Shown here piece by piece: positions 60,343 to 64,000 of a stretch of 64,000 nucleotides of DNA; positions within the stretch are counted from its first letter, which is position 1; every line of letters begins with the position of its first letter. The notes under the pieces are model-generated. The model ran no database searches. It was not told where the DNA came from and worked only from the letters and a program-made list of their open reading frames with translations. This stretch comes from a virus: positions 1 through 64,000 of IMG/VR virus record IMGVR_UViG_3300020185_004577; one strand, given 5' to 3'. The translations under genes were made by a program, and so were the position numbers.

Positions 60343-60720
60343 CTATTGATTAATCAAATGATAAAACTCACTCTCCTTTGCCTCAACAATAGACTTCACT
60401 TTCTCATTCAATAAACTATTTCTTGAACTAGTAAATAAATTTGCTAAAGAATCAAATTCAGACTGATTCATTGAGAAATCTTTATAATTTACAAACTCTC
60501 CAAAAACTACACCTAAAGAATAGTCATAACCAGTCGTTCCTTTTGTAGTTTCTTGTGCAGATATATAAAGAGATATTCCATCTGATATATTTAACACATA
60601 ATAAGGACTTCCATCAGAACCTTCAACCAAAAATGAAGTTTCTTGACTTAATGTGTTGCACATTCTCGTCCACAATGATATTATTTGCTCTTTTCTAAGT
60701 GTTGATTTTTCGTGTCTCAT
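60343..60720 (-). CDS. Hypothetical protein
   Basis: 125-aa ORF; host-type promoter upstream. Confidence 0.7.
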   Translation of the reverse strand: MRHEKSTLRKEQIISLWTRMCNTLSQETSFLVEGSDGSPYYVLNISDGISLYISAQETTKGTTGYDYSLGVVFGEFVNYKDFSMNQSEFDSLANLFTSSRNSLLNEKVKSIVEAKESEFYHLINQ

Positions 60721-60802
60721 TTTAATATAATTAATTTATACGCTAATTTACATATAATATTCTGTTTTACAAAATGTAAAAAATTTATTTTATTTGAATT
60801 AA

Positions 60803-61792
60803 CTATCTAGATTTTGACTTAGCTTCACTTCTAGCTTTGCTTGCCGCTTGTCTATCTGCTTTGTTTTTCTTTTCTACTTCCTCCTGTATTCTTTGCATTA
60901 CCCACCTTCTCTCATATACAGGCATATTAAAAACATCATCTCTAGAAAATCCACCCTTTCCATAATAGGTAATTAAAAAAATCTCATCCATCATGTGTTG
61001 TCGGTATTCTGGATTTAGTCCGAAAAAATTAGTGTCTATAGGTATTTTGTTTGAAGCAACATGTCCACAAGATGGACAAGTTGTATGTATTGTATTATCA
61101 ACTCCTGGCTCTACACTATCCATGTGAGACCTTAGTTTTGCTGAATCAGACAAAGACATTGCCTTAATTACTTTTCTAATAAAACCTTTATCTTTTATGC
61201 CGCTTATACTGGTTATCTGACTTCTATAAGTCACAGCTATTCTGTTTTCTAATTTTAAATCTCCAATTTTTTTAGACTCTTTTTCAACGGTTTTTATTAT
61301 ATTCCTTTCATCAGCTAATGTTTTAGGTCTAAATTTTACAATAATTTTTTCACCTTTAATTTTCATTGTGGGCATTGTAAATTGGTATTCCAAGTTTTCG
61401 TCTGGCTGTTCTTTTATTTCTTTCATCTCTAATTCAGATAAATTAAAACTTGTTTGTGTTTCTGAATTGCAATTTCCGCACTTAAAATCAAAAGTAACTT
61501 TATCACCATAAGAAGTAGACCTTAAATAAACCATAAAAGCATCTCTATCTCCAACTAATAACTTGTCTATATTTCCGCTCCAATCTAAAAGACAAGAACT
61601 CATTAGCATTTCTAGAGCTCTACCAGAATCTATTAAAGTTGGAGAAGTTAGTAAATTTTCTTCTTTAGCAGTAACGTATTTAACTAAAAAAGTTTCCTTT
61701 TTGTCTTTATAAAAAATACCCCTTGATGGAATTGAAATCTCATCAAAGGGTACATTGTTTTCTTTTACTATGTGTTTATATGAAATGCTCAT
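60803..61792 (-). CDS. T4 gp26-like hub assembly/tail assembly chaperone, long form with C-terminal extension
   Basis: IPSRGIFY, TAKEENLL, GDRDA, two CxxC, then FFGL...DEIFLITYYGKGGFSRDDVFNMPVYERR. Confidence 0.8.
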   Translation of the reverse strand: MSISYKHIVKENNVPFDEISIPSRGIFYKDKKETFLVKYVTAKEENLLTSPTLIDSGRALEMLMSSCLLDWSGNIDKLLVGDRDAFMVYLRSTSYGDKVTFDFKCGNCNSETQTSFNLSELEMKEIKEQPDENLEYQFTMPTMKIKGEKIIVKFRPKTLADERNIIKTVEKESKKIGDLKLENRIAVTYRSQITSISGIKDKGFIRKVIKAMSLSDSAKLRSHMDSVEPGVDNTIHTTCPSCGHVASNKIPIDTNFFGLNPEYRQHMMDEIFLITYYGKGGFSRDDVFNMPVYERRWVMQRIQEEVEKKNKADRQAASKARSEAKSKSR

Positions 61793-61804
61793 ATTACATA
61801 TTCA

Positions 61805-62707
61805 TTAAACATTTGCGTTAGGCCAAAATAACTTAGCTGTTATAGGAATTTCTTGACGATATGGCGTCCCACAATTGTTACATTCAAAATCATGATTTAA
61901 ATCAATACCAGGCTCCATATCTTTTAGATATTCTCTAAAAAAGAAACTATCTGCTATAGGCATAACTCCTATAAACTTCTTAATATACGTCTTATCTCTA
62001 TTTCCATTTACATCCATGATTTGCAATAAATATCTTTCAGTAAGAACAGTAGCAACTTTAAGCCTTCCCTTAACTGTCTTTTTGCCCGTTTCATTTATTT
62101 TTTGCAACCTAGTTTCATCGGCTCCATTTAGTAGTCTAAATCTTATGTTTGCCTTTGACTTAGGCAGCATAACACTAAAAAGTCCTTCTGAGTCTGGCTT
62201 GTCAAACACTTCTCTATTTGATAAAGAAGAAAGTAATATGGAATTTTCATTAACCTCTGAACAATTAGGACACGTAGTTTTAGTTTCGTAATCATCTCCA
62301 TAACCTGTAATTCTTAAATTAATTAGAACAGCATTTCTGTCGCCAGTAAGCATTTCATCTGCCGTTATGTCTTTATCGATAAGTGCATTTTGAAGTAATA
62401 CATCTAAAACTTTACCGCTTTTTATCAAATCAGTACTTGTTAAAATGTTTTCATCTTCTGCCGTTAAATACTTTACCTCTACTGTTTTTTTTCCATTTGG
62501 ATAAAATATGCCCCCAGATGGTAAGTCAATATAATCTGTTGGAACTTCAAATTCAGTATCAATAAACTGAGCTGGTATGTCGTGCTTTTCCGCAACTGAT
62601 TGAGCTCTAGATTGAGATGTGTTATCTTGTACATTTTGAGCCTGCTGCTCTTGAGAAGGTCTAGTTCTTGATTGAACAGTTGGTTCTAAAGGATTATTTT
62701 CTTCCAT
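61805..62707 (-). CDS. T4 gp26-like hub assembly/tail assembly chaperone, short form
   Basis: LPSGGIFY, TAEDENIL, GDRNA, LRITGYG, two CxxC, ends LFWP. Confidence 0.82.
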   Translation of the reverse strand: MEENNPLEPTVQSRTRPSQEQQAQNVQDNTSQSRAQSVAEKHDIPAQFIDTEFEVPTDYIDLPSGGIFYPNGKKTVEVKYLTAEDENILTSTDLIKSGKVLDVLLQNALIDKDITADEMLTGDRNAVLINLRITGYGDDYETKTTCPNCSEVNENSILLSSLSNREVFDKPDSEGLFSVMLPKSKANIRFRLLNGADETRLQKINETGKKTVKGRLKVATVLTERYLLQIMDVNGNRDKTYIKKFIGVMPIADSFFFREYLKDMEPGIDLNHDFECNNCGTPYRQEIPITAKLFWPNANV

Positions 62708-62803
62708 AATTTGTTTTTATTTATTAATTAGTAATTATAAATAGTGTTGTCTAATTTTTATCAAAAATAAGAATGCATTATCAAAAGTAAATAGTAGTTT
62801 GTT

Positions 62804-63271
62804 ATGAATGAAGAAGAAAAAAAGAAAAAAGTAGCCTCTATATTGAGGAGAACTAAAAAAAGGTTACTGAAACCGAAAAACAAAATAAAAAAAATAAAAT
62901 ACCTTCAAGCTCAGTCTTATAGAATGAGCAAAAACACCACTTGGCCTGAGAGGGAATTTGAATCATTACTAAAAGAAATGGGTATAGAATATGAGTCTCA
63001 AAAAATATTGAAAGGTAAAATATTCGATTACTACATACCTTCTTGCAATATGCTATGTGAAGTTGACGGAGATTACTATCATGGTAATGAAGACAAATAT
63101 AGCACTTTGAACGAAATGCAAAAAAAAATAAAACAAAACGACAGATACAAAAACATAATATCCAAAGGTATGGGCTATGGAATATTTAGAGTTTGGGAAT
63201 CTGAACTAAAGGATAACAGAGAGCTTGTAAAAGAAAGAATTAGAAATGAAATACTAATCCAAAAACTCTAA
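62804..63271 (+). CDS. Vsr/DUF559-like PD-(D/E)xK endonuclease
   Basis: TWPE, FDYY, EVDGDYYHG, ND..KN, RVWESE. Confidence 0.85.
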   Translation: MNEEEKKKKVASILRRTKKRLLKPKNKIKKIKYLQAQSYRMSKNTTWPEREFESLLKEMGIEYESQKILKGKIFDYYIPSCNMLCEVDGDYYHGNEDKYSTLNEMQKKIKQNDRYKNIISKGMGYGIFRVWESELKDNRELVKERIRNEILIQKL

Positions 63272-64000
63272 CTCAGCTTCAGCCTCTTCGTAGTGTTCTT
63301 TTAAAAATGTTTTTAACGAAGTCTGTCTAGAATTTGGATTTACATTTTCAACACCTCTATAAAAAGCTTCTCTTTCTCCTATTAAAATTGCCATTTTTCT
63401 CGCTCTAGTTATACCTGTGTATATCAAATTTCTATACAACATAATATTGTGCTCACTAAGAACTGGCATAATTACAACCTCAAACTCAGAACCTTGAGAC
63501 TTATGTATGCTAATACTATAAGCCAGCTCTATTTCTATTACATTCTGCCTTTCATACTGAACAAGTTTAGAATTATTAGAATTACCATAATCTATAATAA
63601 GGCTAGAATCTTTCGAATTTATTTTTTTTATATAACCTATATCTCCATTAAAAACATTTAAATCATAGTTATTTGAAGTTTGTATAACTCTGTCACCCTC
63701 CCTATAAGTTCTATCTCCTATTTTTATTTCTTTTTTATTTTTTGACTCAGGATTAACCTCTTTTTGTATTCTTTTGTTTATTTCTCTAGTTCCTATAGAA
63801 CCCTTATTCATAGGAGTAAGTATCTGAATTTCACACTTATTACCCATATATTTTTTAACAGTATCCTTATATAGTTTGACAATCATATCAAGAGCATTCA
63901 TTCCATATCTAAAAGTTGAAAAGTCAGAAACCTTGCTTAAGCTTTTTTCCATGGAAGAATCTATAAACATACAATCAATGTCATCCTTCCATATAGAAGG
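63254..64000 (-). CDS. RecD/RecD2-like SF1B helicase, C-terminal part (5' end outside window)
   Basis: QILTPM, GDRVIQTSNNY, VFNGDIG, AYSISIHKSQGSEF, YTGITRA; frame is open to the window edge. Confidence 0.93.
   Translation of the reverse strand, partial: PSIWKDDIDCMFIDSSMEKSLSKVSDFSTFRYGMNALDMIVKLYKDTVKKYMGNKCEIQILTPMNKGSIGTREINKRIQKEVNPESKNKKEIKIGDRTYREGDRVIQTSNNYDLNVFNGDIGYIKKINSKDSSLIIDYGNSNNSKLVQYERQNVIEIELAYSISIHKSQGSEFEVVIMPVLSEHNIMLYRNLIYTGITRARKMAILIGEREAFYRGVENVNPNSRQTSLKTFLKEHYEEAEAELEFLD

Noticed and set aside
5787-63661. Many 60-215 aa ORFs antisense to long genes (e.g. 6539-7186, 33772-34224, 54092-54709, 59608-60015)
   Set aside because: Nested opposite longer coding genes, with Ser/Phe/Leu-rich composition typical of reverse-complement shadows.
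1-64000. Bacterial chromosome, or an extracellular contractile injection system locus
   Set aside because: Housekeeping-like genes are isolated and interleaved with T4-like gp32/UvsX/gp41/gp26, tape measure genes and late promoters; no bacterial operon context and no integrase seen.
1-64000. Stop-codon reassignment, as in some Bacteroidota phages
   Set aside because: Long genes are intact under code 11; TAA and TAG both terminate conserved genes at expected positions.

Overview
This 64 kb AT-rich, gene-dense window is best read as part of a large lytic T4-like/jumbo myophage genome infecting a Bacteroidota host. Host evidence: Bacteroidota-type MRQLKI sigma factors, TTG-N19-TAnnTT promoters, no Shine-Dalgarno sites, and a phage bS21. 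It holds replication/recombination genes (TopA, two SSBs, family-A polymerase, RecA/UvsX, 5'-3' exonuclease, DnaB/gp41, UvrD, DnaQ, RecD-like), class Ia RNR, a proteostasis set (DnaJ, ClpP, ClpC, Hsp20), an NAD+ rebuilding operon, and part of the tail/baseplate module. No tRNA, rRNA, CRISPR array or integrase was seen. Best candidate for an undescribed system: a 941-aa late-expressed protein (6477-9302) containing two sigma70/ECF-like modules, each preceded by a motif resembling a capsid-targeting/prohead-protease site. It may be a virion-delivered sigma polyprotein. A matching ECF-like promoter (TTGTAAT-N16-CGTT) lies upstream of a phage RpoD-like gene, the NAD operon and a membrane-protein gene. 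Other highlights: a DnaA-domain-IV/NadD fusion, a duplicated tail chaperone pair that appears to hard-wire the G/GT frameshift, and a baseplate protein with about 29 repeats of 22 aa. All family assignments are from motif recognition by eye, not database searches.
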